A stretch of 64,000 nucleotides of DNA from Marsupella aquatica (lineage: Eukaryota > Plantae > Marchantiophyta). Positions 12,516-26,778 of the stretch are shown here, one piece after another. The DNA lies in the NCBI GenBank assembly GCA_973895155.1, contig OZ316894.1, positions 22,105,867 to 22,169,866 on the forward strand, written 5' to 3'. The notes under the pieces were generated by a model. The model was not told the DNA's origin and did not search any database. It worked only from the letters and a program-made list of their open reading frames with translations. The stretch's first letter is position 1, and the number at the start of each line of letters is the position of its first letter. Made by a program: the position numbers and the translations under genes.

Positions 12516-12739
12516 CCCCAAAGAGTGTTTATTTGGACAACAGAAACTCAGGCTCATTGTTATGGGGTGTGAGAACTTGTATTAGGGACACTCAATACGG
12601 CTGACTGAACTAGAGTGCTAGTGAAGCCCCCAAAGAGTGTTTATTTGGACAACAGAAACTCAGGCTCATTGTTATGGGGTGTGAGAACTTGTATTAGGGA
12701 CACTCAATACGGTTGACTGAACTAGAGTGCTAGTGAAGC
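12516..12739. repeat. Near-perfect ~112-bp tandem duplication
   Basis: ccccaaagagtgttt(t)atttggacaacagaaactcaggc...gaactagagtgctagtgaagc occurs twice, adjacent. Confidence 0.92.
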
Positions 12740-13796
12740 TTTTGTGTGTTCTCGTGAACATAGACTCAATTGAAGTGAATCACATATCTCTCTGTGTCAA
12801 TTCCTTGTTTGTTGGATGATCATGGGCTTGCCGTTCGAGTTGCCGTTGTGAATGTTATCTTGTTCAAAACATAGTAGACTCAACATAGATTACACATAAT
12901 TAGTTTTGGGACATGTGGAGGCTCATAATTTGTGAGGCTAGCAGATATATGACTGCCCTTCAACCATAAAAGTGGGGAAAATGAAGGCAACCAAAATGGG
13001 ATAGTTTTTGCTCATAGACAACATCCTAGTTGTGGTAAGTGTTGGATGGGGGAATTAACCTGCCCCAAGGTGAAGATACTGTTGCAGGGGGTTAGCTTCC
13101 ATGTGTCCGCAAAGCAATCTTGTGCCATGTCAGGCTAACATAGTTGAGTTACTCGAGTGGGTTAAACAATCTCCACCAGTTAGGGGGCTACGACACTAAT
13201 AAATGGTTTGAAGAAATTGAAGCCCCAATGGACATCCACATTTGCCAAACCTCTCATATAGACTTCTACAACCTGGAGGACTCCAGCAAAACCCTCTTTT
13301 CTGCTGATTCTTATGGCACACATTCCGCGGAAATGTGACAAGAAACCAAGAGAGCCATCTTTGGAAATCAGTAATTCTCTCAATTCTCAATGATTTTGAC
13401 TGTAATAGGTTCATTGGAAAGATTTTTCCAAACAGCTTCTAACAACACAAAAGAACAGCCTCTTCCATTGGGTGTGAGATATTGAACGTCTAAGTAAGCT
13501 TCTGAAGAAATTCGTGAAGTGTGAAGAGTGACTCCCTACATACAAGATTATGGCAGATAATCTACAACGAACATACGAAGCTACAGTTCCCACTCTACTA
13601 TAAGAGAAGAGATATCGAAAAAAATTGTCTGAGCAGCTCATGATTTGAGACGAGAGTACGATGCTGGGTACGTTTTCATTCACCAGGCCCAAATTGTCGA
13701 ACAGTCTTCAGTGTTCCGAATTTCGAAGACCAATTTGATGATCCGAGCTCCTGCCTATCTTGCAGAATTCATTGTACTAAATATCATTGTGATCAT

Positions 13797-13868
13797 ATTC
13801 AGTGAGTGAAGAACGTCTAGATGGAGTCGAAAATCAGGCCTGATCTAGACGTTCTTCACTCACTGAAT
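13797..13868. repeat. Perfect 26-bp inverted repeat with a 20-nt loop
   Basis: attcagtgagtgaagaacgtctagat (13797-13822) is the exact reverse complement of 13843-13868. Confidence 0.9.
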
Positions 13869-14654
13869 TCTATCTGAACATATACTGCAGAGGGAGGAAT
13901 TTTCGCAAAGGAGGTGTGAGTTGTACCGACTTTACGATTCCGCCGATTCTGGTCATTCACGTGGTATCAAAAATTGAACAGAGTAGCCCAAGGGCACAAG
14001 AAAATGAATTATACAGTTTTCGGCCCAGTCAATCCTTGATGAAAGATCTAGATTTCCCAATAGTACTTAAAAGAGGCCTGTAGATCCAAGATAGACATAG
14101 AAGCTGCCAGAAATTCATCTTCACATATAATACCATGGATCTCTTCTGAATCTCTGCCGGTTATGAGAAATCTCCACAAGACACTGGAACACAATCAACG
14201 GAACTCTCGAAGCACTAAACCGAAACAGTATAAAATCAAGTTAGAGAGAAAGATTCAAATGAAATTTTCAAATCAGGAATGGATTTTTTCGTATGCGATT
14301 AAATACAAGTGGAAAGGCTCATCGAGCCAACGGAAGAATAAGCCCGAGACAATCTTCACAGACGGGTGCAAACTGTAGTTAGTGTATTTAACATGAAGAG
14401 TACAATCCTCGCTCCAGAGGGGAACGACCACTGCCATTCTTAAAAGCACTGTAAATTATAGCTCTAGTCCAGCAAGCTCGTGATTCAAAATTGTAAGAGT
14501 TTCTTTTCACGGTTGTAGGATATTGCTTTCTGGCCGGCCCATCTCATACAGTGCCCAAGTTCCTCAGCATCACCGCACTGGGTAAGGGGGGTAGATTGAA
14601 AGCCTCAAAACTAGTGAGGAAATTGACGAGGAAAATAAGTTACATTTGCCAATC

Positions 14655-16319
14655 TCATTTGTTAATCGGTTTCAGATTAGTCAAGAAGGTACTAGTGGAA
14701 TCAACCTGGAGTGTGTCATACTGTAAGTAAATTGATGCTACAAAGAGTTGAGATACCAAGAGGACGAAGTTCTTGCCAGCGCAGTGCTTATTATGCACGG
14801 ATGTCTCCTCAGTTTGGGGCCCATTCGACCACAGCACGTACTTGAGAAGGGCTTCCCCTTCCTCACCAAGAAATCTCTTGGGATCATAACTTTGCGCATC
14901 CTTGAATACCTTTGGATCTCGAGTCGCCACTGGCATGTATCCATGTATAGTCTCTCCCTTCTTAATCTGGAAAGCTGCATCATGGGACTGGATCACGAGG
15001 TCCTCCTTCGCCTTGGCATACTGGAATGGCACTGGTGGATCAATCCGCAACACCTCGTAGACTGCCGACACAACCAGCGGCATATCATCCAGAGCCTTGG
15101 GACTGAGCTGTCCTCCATTGTCGGCTACGGCCTTCCTGACCTCGGCAGCTAGCTCCTGCTGGAACTCTGTACTGGTTGCTCCTAAGCGTTTCACTATTTC
15201 AGGGAAAAGGATGTTGACGCCACCCCACGTGTTGAAGCAAGTAATGAAAAGGAGGTTGTGCAGTGCCTCCTCACGGTCCAACCCAATTTGCTTTTCTGCA
15301 AAGTCAAGGAGCTCAGTTCCATACTGTCTGAAGTAATTCAACAGCTTGTTGTACGATCCTTTGGAGATGAATGCTGGAATCCGGAACGTATGGAAGACCA
15401 GCTCGATAATCGGAGCTAGAAACCATGGAAGAGGGACAGGAGTGATGGGGGCAATCTGAGACAGCAACCATAGAACAGTCGAGTTGGATGCCCCTGTCCC
15501 GAGGCCATTGGGGACTTGCGCATACGGGTCCTGCTTTGTGAAAGCCTTCAAAACCATTTTGAACGTGCCTGTCTGGATATCAGTGGCGAAATTCACTTTA
15601 CCGTCTTTCTTCAATGTGGCCTCCAAGCTCGAGAAGATATCCGTCACAGCTGCAGTCATCTCCGGGATCATTCGAGGCGCAGCGGATTTGACGATCTCGA
15701 ACGCGAAATTCTTCAACAGTGTGTGCTTCGGTTCGGATGGGTCCAAGTATGACAACACTCTGTATCCACCGGTGAGAGACAAGCTGGGCACGTAAGTCCC
15801 AACGAAGACGTCCTTCTTCTCGACTTTACTCACGTCAAAGAGGATTGGGTAGCTCTGCTCATCGATGACGACGACCACTCGAGGGTCTGGGAAGAATGGA
15901 GGCCCGGGGGGCACATTCGTCCGGTACACAGTGCTCTTGTACTTGTCCCTGCGAGCCTCGTAGAACAGAGGAAGTTTCTGGAACCACATGAAATCGAGCC
16001 GGTCCTTGATGGCACCAAAGAAGGGAATCCCATATGAGCCCGGAATTTCTTTCAAGGGAACGTCATCAGAGACGGAAGTGGAGGTGGGCGCATCGGACAC
16101 AGAGATGGATTTGATCGTTGTGTCGCGCTGATGGCTGCTGCCACTGCTCAAAGTTCCTCTTCTTGACATGTTTTTCAATGGAATTGCTGTTGACAATAAT
16201 GTAGAAGCACTGCTGCTGCTCAAGTTTCTGCTCCTAACATCAGCCGAACGGAATGTGCAGGCTTCTGCCCCCAATGGCCATTTTATTGATGATCCGATTG
16301 CGATTACCTGCGACACCAT
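14655..16319 (-). CDS. AOS: CYP74 family cytochrome P450, probable allene oxide synthase with N-terminal transit peptide, intronless
   Basis: IPGSYGIPF, TVYRTNVPPGPPF, KVEKKDVFVGTYVPS (Phe at the AOS-diagnostic position), YLDPSEPKH, I-helix CFNTWGG, EVLRIDPPVPFQY, WSNGPQT + 9-aa insert + NKHCAGKNFV heme motif. Confidence 0.93.
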   Translation of the reverse strand: MVSQVIAIGSSIKWPLGAEACTFRSADVRSRNLSSSSASTLLSTAIPLKNMSRRGTLSSGSSHQRDTTIKSISVSDAPTSTSVSDDVPLKEIPGSYGIPFFGAIKDRLDFMWFQKLPLFYEARRDKYKSTVYRTNVPPGPPFFPDPRVVVVIDEQSYPILFDVSKVEKKDVFVGTYVPSLSLTGGYRVLSYLDPSEPKHTLLKNFAFEIVKSAAPRMIPEMTAAVTDIFSSLEATLKKDGKVNFATDIQTGTFKMVLKAFTKQDPYAQVPNGLGTGASNSTVLWLLSQIAPITPVPLPWFLAPIIELVFHTFRIPAFISKGSYNKLLNYFRQYGTELLDFAEKQIGLDREEALHNLLFITCFNTWGGVNILFPEIVKRLGATSTEFQQELAAEVRKAVADNGGQLSPKALDDMPLVVSAVYEVLRIDPPVPFQYAKAKEDLVIQSHDAAFQIKKGETIHGYMPVATRDPKVFKDAQSYDPKRFLGEEGEALLKYVLWSNGPQTEETSVHNKHCAGKNFVLLVSQLFVASIYLQYDTLQVDSTSTFLTNLKPINK

Positions 16320-18051
16320 CTCTCCTCCACCTTCCTACCCACGCCACCTTCTCTCTTCTTCTCCTCTTCTCTTTTCTTCTTCTCTTTGGAGTACCAGAAC
16401 GGATCTCAGAGCCTGCCTCAATTAATAGCTACAGATAAAAAAACCAAGTGGCAATGGTCACATAGGTGAACGGACTTTCGACCACAAATTAGAAAGGTCA
16501 AACTCGTGAGACTGAGCAGCTCGTGATTCCCAACGCTACTGCCCTGGTCTTCAGAGGAAAATAAAACGTGCTGCGCAAACGCTATGAAACCACAACAGGC
16601 GGTCCGTCATCTTGCTGACTGAGACCAGCTGACATCGCATTGCATCGCCTCGTACCAATCATTCGAAAGCCGGGAATCGGGATGATAGATAGAATTATAC
16701 AATCAATCCCTCTGAAGGCCGATGAACAACCTCATCAGAACTCAGAAGGAAGGACTCCTGACGAGTGGGCAGATTACCGTGCACCCACTCCTTGACTCCT
16801 TCTAAGATTCGGCAAAAGGTTCTTTTCTGTGCGAGAAACCGATCACAATTGGAAGCATCTCATATGTAAAACTGGGTTTCTGACGAAGTCATTAGTGACT
16901 GAAGCACATGTAGAATTGTACATTGTGACCGAGTGTAAATGGGAGGGCGGGCATCACCTAAGAGTGAGACATAGCCATTTTTTTGTGGGAGAAAATTCGC
17001 CCATCACTTACCTTAAAACAGGCAGGCGAATAGCTAAAAATGTGCCCTTCGCCACCATAGAATCCACTGTACACAAGTTCTACATTACCAGAGTGCAAGG
17101 GTTTTTTTTCTGTTGGGGAGAGCGATCAAACACGAGGAAAACCTGGGTTTCTCTTAAAAGCCATGAGTCACTTATTGACATGTAGAACTCTAGATTAAGA
17201 CTGTTCAATCACTTTACTACTTTTGGTCCGAGGATGAAAGACACCTCATGTGAATCTTTGCTTGCCTGGCCCAAAATTTTTAACTTATTCTTCTTGATTT
17301 AAATTCTGTTGCACGAGCTGAATTTCAGGGATTTTACTGTTCTTGTTCCCTTGCAAAACTCAGTTTGTATGTAAGTTAAGGTTCTGGTTGGAGGAATGTG
17401 GCCTAATGTGGAGGGTAACCCATCCCCAAGAGGGAATAATGGGATGTCATCCCCAAGGGTGATGAGCATGACAGAGTTACAATGCATTGTCCCCAAATTG
17501 GGATGAGTTATCAAATGTAAGCCCCAAGTGAATTATTGAAACAAGAGGGCATCTAAGGTAGGAGTTAACAAGATAAAACCCTCCCATAGGTTAAATATTG
17601 TGTGAACTCCCGGACAAGTTATGGGAGGCAATCTTCAACTACCATGAATAAAATCTGCGGGCTCAACACTTGACTGATAAGTTTTCTGCAATTTTGGCAC
17701 AAATCCGGAAATTCGGGACCCCAGAACTCCGGAATACCATAACTGAAGGCACATGGGCTATGTGCCTGACGTGATGATAGCTGTTGCATTTTAAAGTGGC
17801 GGCTGATCGAGAATGGAGGAAAAATAATATATGCTATGAGATGGATGTGAGACGTAACTCCGCCTTATGGAACAGGTCAATACTATCTCCTCCCATTGCT
17901 GAAATTCCCTGGTCCCATAACCAAAGTTACAAGATAGACTACAAATCTATAAGTTTCAACAACTACCCCACTTTGAGATGCCTTATTGGTTCACTTGTAT
18001 AGTTAAACACTTTGCCACTTGCACCTTACCTATGCTTTAACAATGAACAGT

Positions 18052-18378
18052 AAATGAATATTCAATCTAGCAACCAGTCTAAATGGACACTTACTTAGCA
18101 ATGAACCTTAAAAGGAATATTTTACCAGGCAATTGAGTGTCCAGTAAACTACTTGAGCAAATAACCCATTCCATGGAACTCCACTCAACCTTTCATTCAC
18201 ACGTTTGCTTAATGATATTGACGGCAAATGAATATTCAATCTAGCAACGATGTCTCAATGGACACTTTACTTAGCAATGAACCTTAAAACGAATATTTTA
18301 CCTGGCAATGGAGTGTCCAATAATAATCTAATTGACCAAAATAACCCATGCCATGGAACTCCACTCAACCTTTCATTC
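18052..18378. repeat. ~175-bp diverged tandem duplication
   Basis: aaatgaatattcaatctagcaac...ggacactt.acttagcaatgaaccttaaaa...ccatggaactccactcaacctttcattc occurs twice. Confidence 0.85.
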
Positions 18379-21300
18379 CCACTTTTTTTTTAATCCTAGT
18401 GACGGCACGGAGTGGGTAACAAAAAGCATTGCGCGTTGCGTCTGCTGCTGCTGTACCACTGGAGCCCATACTGCCTTTTAGGGGATGCCATGCTGGTACA
18501 CAATATAATTATTCTCCTTCTCCAATCCAGCATCTCCAACGTCTATTTTATCTCTTTGTTAATCGCTACCGTCCACTCTCACACTTGGAGTTCAGGAAGG
18601 TTCGGACGGCCTTGGTCAATCCATCAATGGACTGACTGATTGACCGGAGGTGGGTGAGTACGGGAAGTAGGTCGGTGGCTGAAGACGAAGGAGGATTGGA
18701 GGACCGATGATTATTAAGCCTCCTTAGTTATCTTCATGGGAATAATTTAGTTTAATTTATTTTAATTTAATTTAGTGGAGATTTGGGTCACCAAAATTAC
18801 TCAATAATATTTTTAACCAAATAAGAAATGAGCCAAAAATGACCGTAATGGGCTCCCATGGCTTCAGGGGACAATGCCAGTTTAACAATGATATGGTAGG
18901 CAATCACAATATTCTTTCAACTAGTCTGAGCGGTTTGAATGTAAATAGTGGTTAAAGACCTTGCAAAAAAGGCCTTGCAACACAAAAAAAGTTTTTGTTG
19001 CCAACACTTCACATTCAAATGTTTTCCAATTGTCAGTAATCTCGACAAAAGCTTATATTTTAATTTTAAATGAAAAGCCAAAAGAGTAAGTTCTCCATCG
19101 CTTCCTGTTTGCCACCTGCATTTAGATAAGTATGCTCTTAAAATCATGGTATTGAAGTTTCACTCTAGACAATAAGCCCTAACAATATCTTTTGATTGCC
19201 CATATAATTGGATGCACTGTCAAGTGCAGACCAGGTTTTCTTCAGTAGCAGCAGAGAGCCCCTTTGATCCCATTGGAAGGGGAAGCTGATTAATGAACCA
19301 TTGTTGAAGAGGGGCAGAAATCTGAGGCCCGGACTGGAAAAGGAGTTGGTGACTCAGTATATTGGCATTTGAGAATTCGGTGCATAGTAAAACAAAGTGG
19401 ATCTGATGGCCGCAAACTTCCTGCCTCCAGGAGTTTGGAAGTGTTAGGGATTCTACACTTCAAGTGCATTTTCTATGGTCAGCTCATTTGTTTTTACCCC
19501 ATCTATTGGCACCTAAACCCAATGGAGGTGGGGAGTGGGTGGCAAGCCATTAGGATGTCGAGTGAAGAGGATGGCAATACCGCCTGGTTGTCCCTTGGGA
19601 TTGCTGGCGAGTGAGGCATGGGATCAGGTCAGTACTTGGTGGCCTGCCCACAGTTTTTGGCCAAAATGTATATTTGTTGAAGTCACAGCAGACTGATCAA
19701 TTTTGGCAATATTTCGTTAATGAACGACACTATGACTAATTAGATTTTCTAATTTGACTTAGCGAGACGAAAATAAATCAATCAATCAATCAAAAGGTAT
19801 CTTATGATTTTCTCATTTAAAGCAGCCTGGTGCAAAACTCAATATATATATATATATTTTTAACTGAATATATTAAACTTATTAGTTTAATGAAATCCAT
19901 GTTTTAGTGGGCCCCAAAACGATCAGACCAAATACATCATTTGTGATCTTGAGTAGTTGGGTTCAAAGCTTGGACGAATGGTTTCCCACTCTCACATATT
20001 CATAAGGCTGGAGGTACCTCGTGGAACACGTTTAACTACAGTAAATCTTTGAGGTTTCTGTGCCCCGCACACTACTCCCAAAAAGAAATCAAGCCCCCAT
20101 AGACCTAAAATGTCTGACAAATTGTCGCCCAGACCAACCCCGATGGTCTGCAGTAAAAAACTTTGTTTGTACTCAGATAGCACTTTTCGTTTGTAAGAAA
20201 GATCAAACTTTTGTGGTCCACAGTAACCTGGTTGCAAGATTCATGGGACTGGTCCACTCAAGCAATGCTTTCCCTACTACAACTACAACAAGAAAAAAGT
20301 AATGGGAAAACAAATCATGAAAAACCTTATCTTATGCGTACCTATAGAAAGACAGGATGAAGGGTATGCCATGACGATGATGATGTAGTAAGACCTCACC
20401 CTCCCAATGGACGCAATGTAGCTCATCTTGACCTCCAGTCTGACCTTTGGTGTTCCCAAGGCACTCAATGCTTAATCCATAGTACTATTCACTTGGACTA
20501 GCCTAGTAGCCCTGGAAATGTATTTATTGCATTCACCTATCCCTGCCCTGCCCTGCCCTTAAAAACTAAAATTATGTCAATTTTTCCAAAGAAGTCAAGA
20601 TTTTGGTCTAAACCCCACTTTTTGGGTGGCCTTGTTATCTACGAGGAGGGGCCGCATGGGAATTTTAACTCAACACCTCGACCTCCCACTCGGATGAATT
20701 ACCATACACCCACAGCCTGCTAGACAAAATGAGATAAAATGATGGTCCAATTGGTAGTACTTATATCCATATCATGTGCTCAAGGCGGCTCAAGGCTTTG
20801 GGCAATAGGTGCACTTATATCCATATCATGTGCTCAAGGCTTGGGCAGTAGGTGCAGACAGCCTGATAGTGCCATTAAGGGACATCCAGGGATCCATTGC
20901 AACAACTGTAGTGCTTGGGGACACAGCACAACAACATAGATTGCCCATTTTTCTTGTGCCGCTTGGATCTGAGTGGCAAGTTAGAACAACTTGATTGAAG
21001 GGGTGCACTTGGCTGTAATTTTTTTTTCTTTCTTTTCACTATATTTTGTGTAATTTGCACTTGTGTGAAAAAACCAGAAAATTTAGTCTATGTGATTGCA
21101 GGTAAACTTGATTGATGTGTTCTCTGGATGATTGAGGATACAACAGATTTGCTCAATTTGTAAAAATGTATGATAGCCAATAAAACTCATTTCCTCTTGA
21201 AAGTGCATGGACTTATGGAACTCAAGAGTATGGCTGGAGGGCTAGAAGCCAAGGGCTTGCAATGGCACACTCAATGTGTTGTGTTTAGTTGTAAATTTAA

Positions 21301-21609
21301 AGCTCAATGTAATTGGGTGCCCAATTTATAGCTCAATGTAGTTGGGCACCCAAGTCGTGCATTACCCACTTTTGTGAGTTATTCTGTTTCATATGCTTTC
21401 CGAGAAAAATTAATTCCAAGAATGTTCTCCATTTTTAATATTAATAACCTATTTTACTTTATAAAAGATATATATAATTAGAAAATATTCTATAAACATG
21501 AGTTTATAATACGTTATTTTTCCTCCTATATTTTTTAGAATTTAGTTATTTTTTATCAAAAATAACTATTTTGGATCGCGCGTGGTTCCTAAGATTTTTG
21601 ATAGTAAAC

Positions 21610-22032
21610 CGTCAAGAGAAGAGGTTGAGCAAACATCAAAGGGAAACAAGAAAGCAAAAAAAAATTACGCAAGGTTGTTAGAGAAGGACAATGACAAGAT
21701 AGAGAAATTGAAAAAATCAATTCACCTGGACTATGCGTCCTGGGCTCATATGTACATTTGTATCATTGCTGGGGAAATAGTTAACTTTTTGAGGGGGACT
21801 CAGCCCATAGTCCATGTACCCAGTGCGCCCATACTTATAGTTTTGGATACAATATTAGGTAAAATAGAGAATGATATCAAAACATTATGTAATAGGATGG
21901 TAGTGCAACAAAATAGGCATGCTCAATTGCACCAGAAGATGTAGAAGTCTGTTTAATAGACATAAAAAAATGTGAAAGATATCATTCCTAATCAGTTTAT
22001 GCTATTGGTAGCAGGGAAAGATGTAGAACTAG
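21610..22032 (+). pseudogene. Degraded paralog of the 168-aa coiled-coil/RNxxAH ORF at 43782
   Basis: DKIEKLKKSIHLDYASWAHMYICIIAGEIVNFLRGTQ..HVPSAP and a later frameshifted KDIIPNQFMLLVAGKDVEL align with 43782-44288. It has internal deletions and frameshifts and lacks the start. Confidence 0.8.
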
Positions 22033-22788
22033 TATGTGGGCCCAACTCAATTTTTTTCTTGCATTGGTAATATTATATTGGTTTTTTTACTAGTTCTTTT
22101 TTCTTAATATCTTTTCTGGTCATCAAGTCCGCAAAAACCCTTCGCACCTTCATTGCCTAGCACAAGAATCTCCCTTGTGGTCTGTGTGTGCCCTCCCTTG
22201 TAGTCTGTGCCAAGGTAAAAGGGAAAAAAAACACAAATAGTCTTGAAATGTTTATTGTCATAATCATACAATCTTTGTGAGGGAAACCAATGATGTATCC
22301 AAATATGGTGCCAAGAACTTAGAATCTTGAAGCTTTTAGTGGGATACATAATATTGTCATCCCTTCTTTGTTTTCACCTCTTTCATGTTTTTTCACCTCC
22401 TTGAGTAATCCACATTGCAGCTCTTCATTGTAGTTGTCACCTTGCTTTTTCTCATGACAATTTGTTCATCACAAGGGTAAGCCATGAACAATATTGGAGG
22501 CAAGGAGCTAGGCAATCACATACTGTATATCATTGTTTCTCAACATTTTTATGCAATGGATATGTATTGGATTTGTCTATAAAAATATGAGATGTTTTTA
22601 AAAGTAGTTAAATTTTGCATAAGTAAAAGTTGACATCACTAGCAAACAAATTCATAAACTAAAAAAATATTAATAGCATTGGTTTTTAATTGTTTTGTGA
22701 GGAGACAAGTATACTTTTTGTTTGAAAATTGTACTTTATTCATCTTGATTTGTCTAGTAATGACAAATGTTAAAACAAAATTTTTATC

Positions 22789-25714
22789 TGAGGCTGAGGT
22801 GCTAGTGGAAGTTGAGAAGCAATGTAAGACGCTGTTTGCTTCGGAAGAGTTGACAAGTGAGGAGAGCCAGGCAGTAAGAGAGGCGAGAAGGAGATTATTG
22901 GCTAATACAAGGAAGGCATTGACAGAGGTGAAGATGAATGCACTTGAGGCATTACCACTATTAAAAGAAGTGAAGGAGGTCTTGTGGCTGCTTCCAGATG
23001 ATAAGACTCCTAGACCAGATGGGCTTACGGCGAAGGTGTTCCGAAGCTGCTGGGAATTTATCAAGGAAGATTTAATGGAGATGATACAGGCGTTTTGGAT
23101 GACAGGAGAACTGGGGAATAATATTAAAGGGGGTATCATCAAATTCATTCCAAAGAAGCCAGACAAGAGAAGATTCAAGGATTGGCGACCATTGACAATG
23201 CTTAACACTGTCTATAAGATTATAGCCAAATTGTTGGCATTGAGACTAAAAGTGGTGATACACAAGCTGATTAGTGTCCAGCAGACCGGTTTCATACCCG
23301 GGCGACACATTCTGGAGAACATTTCGATAACATGGCTGACAGCTGATTGGATTAAGCACAAGAAATGTGATTCTCTATTTTTGAAGCTGGATTTTGAGAA
23401 AGCATTTGACAAAGTGACGCACTCGTATATATGGGAGACCATGCATTTATTGGGTCTGAGTGCTCACTTTATCTTGCTGGTGAAGGCACTGTTAAATAAT
23501 GCATACTCTCGAGTGCATGTTAATGGAATGTTCTCAGGTGAGATCCCGCTGCTGCGAGGAGTAAGATAGGGATGTCCACTCTCTCCGTTGCTTTTTGCAA
23601 TCTCCACTCAACCGCTCATGGACTTTTTACATGCAGAAATACGAGGAGGAAGACTTACTGGATTACAGATTGCACGAGGGCTAACAATATGTTACAAACT
23701 TTTTGCGGACGATGTGGGGATGTTTATCCCTGCGTCGGAGGTGGCATTTAATCAGGCTCGAGAGGCATTGGGATGCTATGAGATTGCTTCAGGAGCACGG
23801 CTAAATCTGCGCAAGTCTATTGTCGTCCCACTGGAGTTGGAGATGATCCCGGAGTGGCTAGAGAGGACGGGATGTGCAATTAGCAGGGAGGGGGAAGTGC
23901 AGAAATACCTGGGGGCACCAATTGGCCGAAACTTACAGACAACACAATTGCATGATTTCTGTTTAGATAAAATTGCACAAAGACTCTCTTTTTGGTCCAC
24001 CAGAATGTTGTCTTTCACAGGAAGAACTTTGTTGATTAAGCATGTATTACAAGCCATACCAGTCTATCATATGATGTTCTGAAAATCGTCGACTGAATTA
24101 GCCAAGAAGATGACTGCACTGTGTAGAAATTTTCTATGGGGAATTCGCTGGGAGGTAAGAAGGTACCGCTGGTGGCATGGGCTACATTAGCGCGACCTAA
24201 AATGATGGGGGGACTAGGATTCAAGGACTTTCAAGGCCACTCTGATGCTTTGCTGAGTTGATGGCTGACTAAAGCGCTGGATGACCCTTCCTTGGAGTGG
24301 GCGCAGCTGTTTGGGGAGAATCTAAGATTGGCCAAGTGGCATAACTTTAAAGGAATACGCAGGATAGGTACTCAATGAGAGATGAAATTTTGTTGTGCTC
24401 TCCTTCAAATTTTGGGAGGTTGAGATACACTTGGAGTTTATGGAAAGCTTGGGAACCCCTTCGGTCACATCTGATGTTTTGTCCGGCAGATGGGACTATC
24501 CCGGGGCACTGGAAGATGAAGAACCTGATCAAATGCTTGCAGGGATTTCAATCGTTAACGAAAGACTCTCAAAGCTCAATAGCTGAGGTGTGTGGTAGGA
24601 TTGGACTCAAAAGAGTGGATGACTTGTGGTCGGTGATTGGAGGTTGATTGTCAATTATGGAAAGAATTGACAGGGTGAGAGGTATCAATAGTGAATTACG
24701 ATTGCTGAGTAGACAAGTCATTAGTTCTATTTGTTCTGCAAGGCAGTGTCTAACAGGAGGGGAGACAAAACCTGAGTTCTGGCGATGGGTGGACAGTGAA
24801 GAGAGGATGAGAGAATTCAGGATTGACAGCAAGAAAGTGTATCAGCTGCTAAGACCACAAGGATCAGATATATGTAGACTTAACAGAATATGGGGCGGAG
24901 ATAGGAACGAGAGAGAATGGAGTAAGCTTTGGCATAATCTCTGGACTTTGGACCTCTCAACAAGAGCTAAGACATTTCTTTGGAGGATTACGGCTCAAGG
25001 ACTGTTTTCAGGAGTTAGAGCTCTCAAGATCGGCAAAGGAACAGGGAAATGTTTGCTGTGTAGTAATTCTTGGGAAAATATTCCGCATATATTCTTTGAG
25101 TGTATACATGCTAGGAGATGCTGGAGGTTAACATTAGACTGTTTGATTGGGTGCTTTACTTGGCCCTGTGTGGAACTCCTTCCAATGTTGGACTCCACTC
25201 TGGGGAGAGACTGCACTCAGACGATTCGAGCTTGTATATTGTATCAAGTACTTTGGACTATTTGGCTTGGCAGGAACGAGCAGACCTTTGACAATAGGAA
25301 ACAAAGGAAATTTGACCTCAACCTGGTCTTATCAGAGATAGCAGACATGATAGCAGACATGTTATACGCTTGTATTAGGTCTTCTACTCCAGTAGAAAGC
25401 ATACCAGGCTGCTTAGAGCTAAGGAGATGGTAGAAGAGATTAGGATCAAGCGATTGCCTGGGATTAGGACTAGGATAGTGTCTTAAAAGGATTAAAGATC
25501 AGGAGGTTAGAGAGGAGTGAGGCCACTGGGTGAATGGGTCTTTGGGTCCTGGCAGTAGGGGCTAAGAATGTCCTGCTTCCGGGTGGCACCTGGCTGTATG
25601 TTGAGCATTCATTTGCTCTGTGGTCCTTTTGGGGCTCTTTTTTGTTTATTGAAGGCGTTCAAGGTCCCCCCCTCCGTGGGGTTCAAGCGGAAAAAAATAA
25701 AAATAAAAATAAAA
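22789..25714 (+). mobile_element. 5'-truncated L1-clade LINE (ORF2 RT + zf-RVT), degenerate
   Basis: KTPRPDGL, WRPLTMLN, QTGFIPGR, LKLDFEKAFD, GVR*GCPLSP, LFADD, KYLGAP, MGGLG, CLLC..ENIPHIFFEC..ARRCW; several stops and frameshifts; A-rich tail at 25691-25714; degenerate TSD-like aaaattttt(c)atc at 22777-22788 and 25711-25723. Confidence 0.92.
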
Positions 25715-26778
25715 TTTTTCATCAATTTTAATGGCAAATGGAAACCAAGAAAAAAAACATATAAATGTAGAGTCATAATGATCATGTTGAAAGAGACTAC
25801 TTTTATATAGAGCCACCTTTATGAGAGGAGAAATATTTTATTTTATTTTTTTTCAAATGTATGTTTACTAATCAATAAAAAGTTATAGACTTATTTTTGT
25901 AGAGATTTTATAATAATAGAATAATTAAATGTTTTGAGAATAGCTTATTATGCTTGAATATGTAAGTAACTTTGAGATGATGCTTATAATTTTTTTGGTG
26001 TGTATATTTCTGACTAGGGCCTAGGGGGTGATGGACTCAATGGGAGACAAGATCTTTTTTTAAGATTTCTCCTTGTGATTATGATCAAGGTAAGTGTTTG
26101 TATCATTGCATATTTTTTATAACTAGAATTTGTGTTGATTTGTTACTTGTGAAGTGACTTCATATTTTGTCCATCCAATTCTAAACATGAGCAATTTTGC
26201 TAGACAAATTTTGGCGTCACTAAGAAACAACCCCAAACTTTCATCAATGCTTGAAATAGAGGTTTATTTCTCTCTTTTTCTTTCTCCATTAAATTATTGT
26301 GATTGCTTAAAATGTTCTCTTATAAAACTAAATCAAAGCATGCACTCTATTCTACTTTAAAATCTAATTTTCACACACATAATATTTATCATATTATTGT
26401 TTATTTTAAAATAAATTATCAAAAAGGTTTAAACTTATATCATTGTCATATCTGGATGCAAAAATATTAGTATATTGATAATTTACCACAACACTTAAAT
26501 ATTTTTATTTGAATAATCATAGATTTTTTCAATCTTAACTAAAATGTAAGTATTAGTAATGTGCATTCTATTTGTAGAAGCAATGCTCTTGGTAGGTAGA
26601 TGAGTCTTTTCTAATTTTGTTTCATATTGTTATGGTTATCTTAGCACATTACATATTAAGAAAGTGAAATTTGCCCTTTGTTACAAAAATTAAGAAGTTA
26701 GTTGTTTGTACCTAAAGATATTCACTTATGTTTATTATCAATCTGATACTATAATTACAAGGTCCATATCATATTATT

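Noticed and set aside
18390-18420. Helitron-like 3' end (ccgtgccgtcactag on the minus strand)
   Set aside because: No proper GC hairpin and no matching 5' end identified.
20050-20940. Possible MULE/zinc-knuckle remnant (CNNCSAWGH)
   Set aside because: Only one short motif, with no transposase core or termini that I can support.
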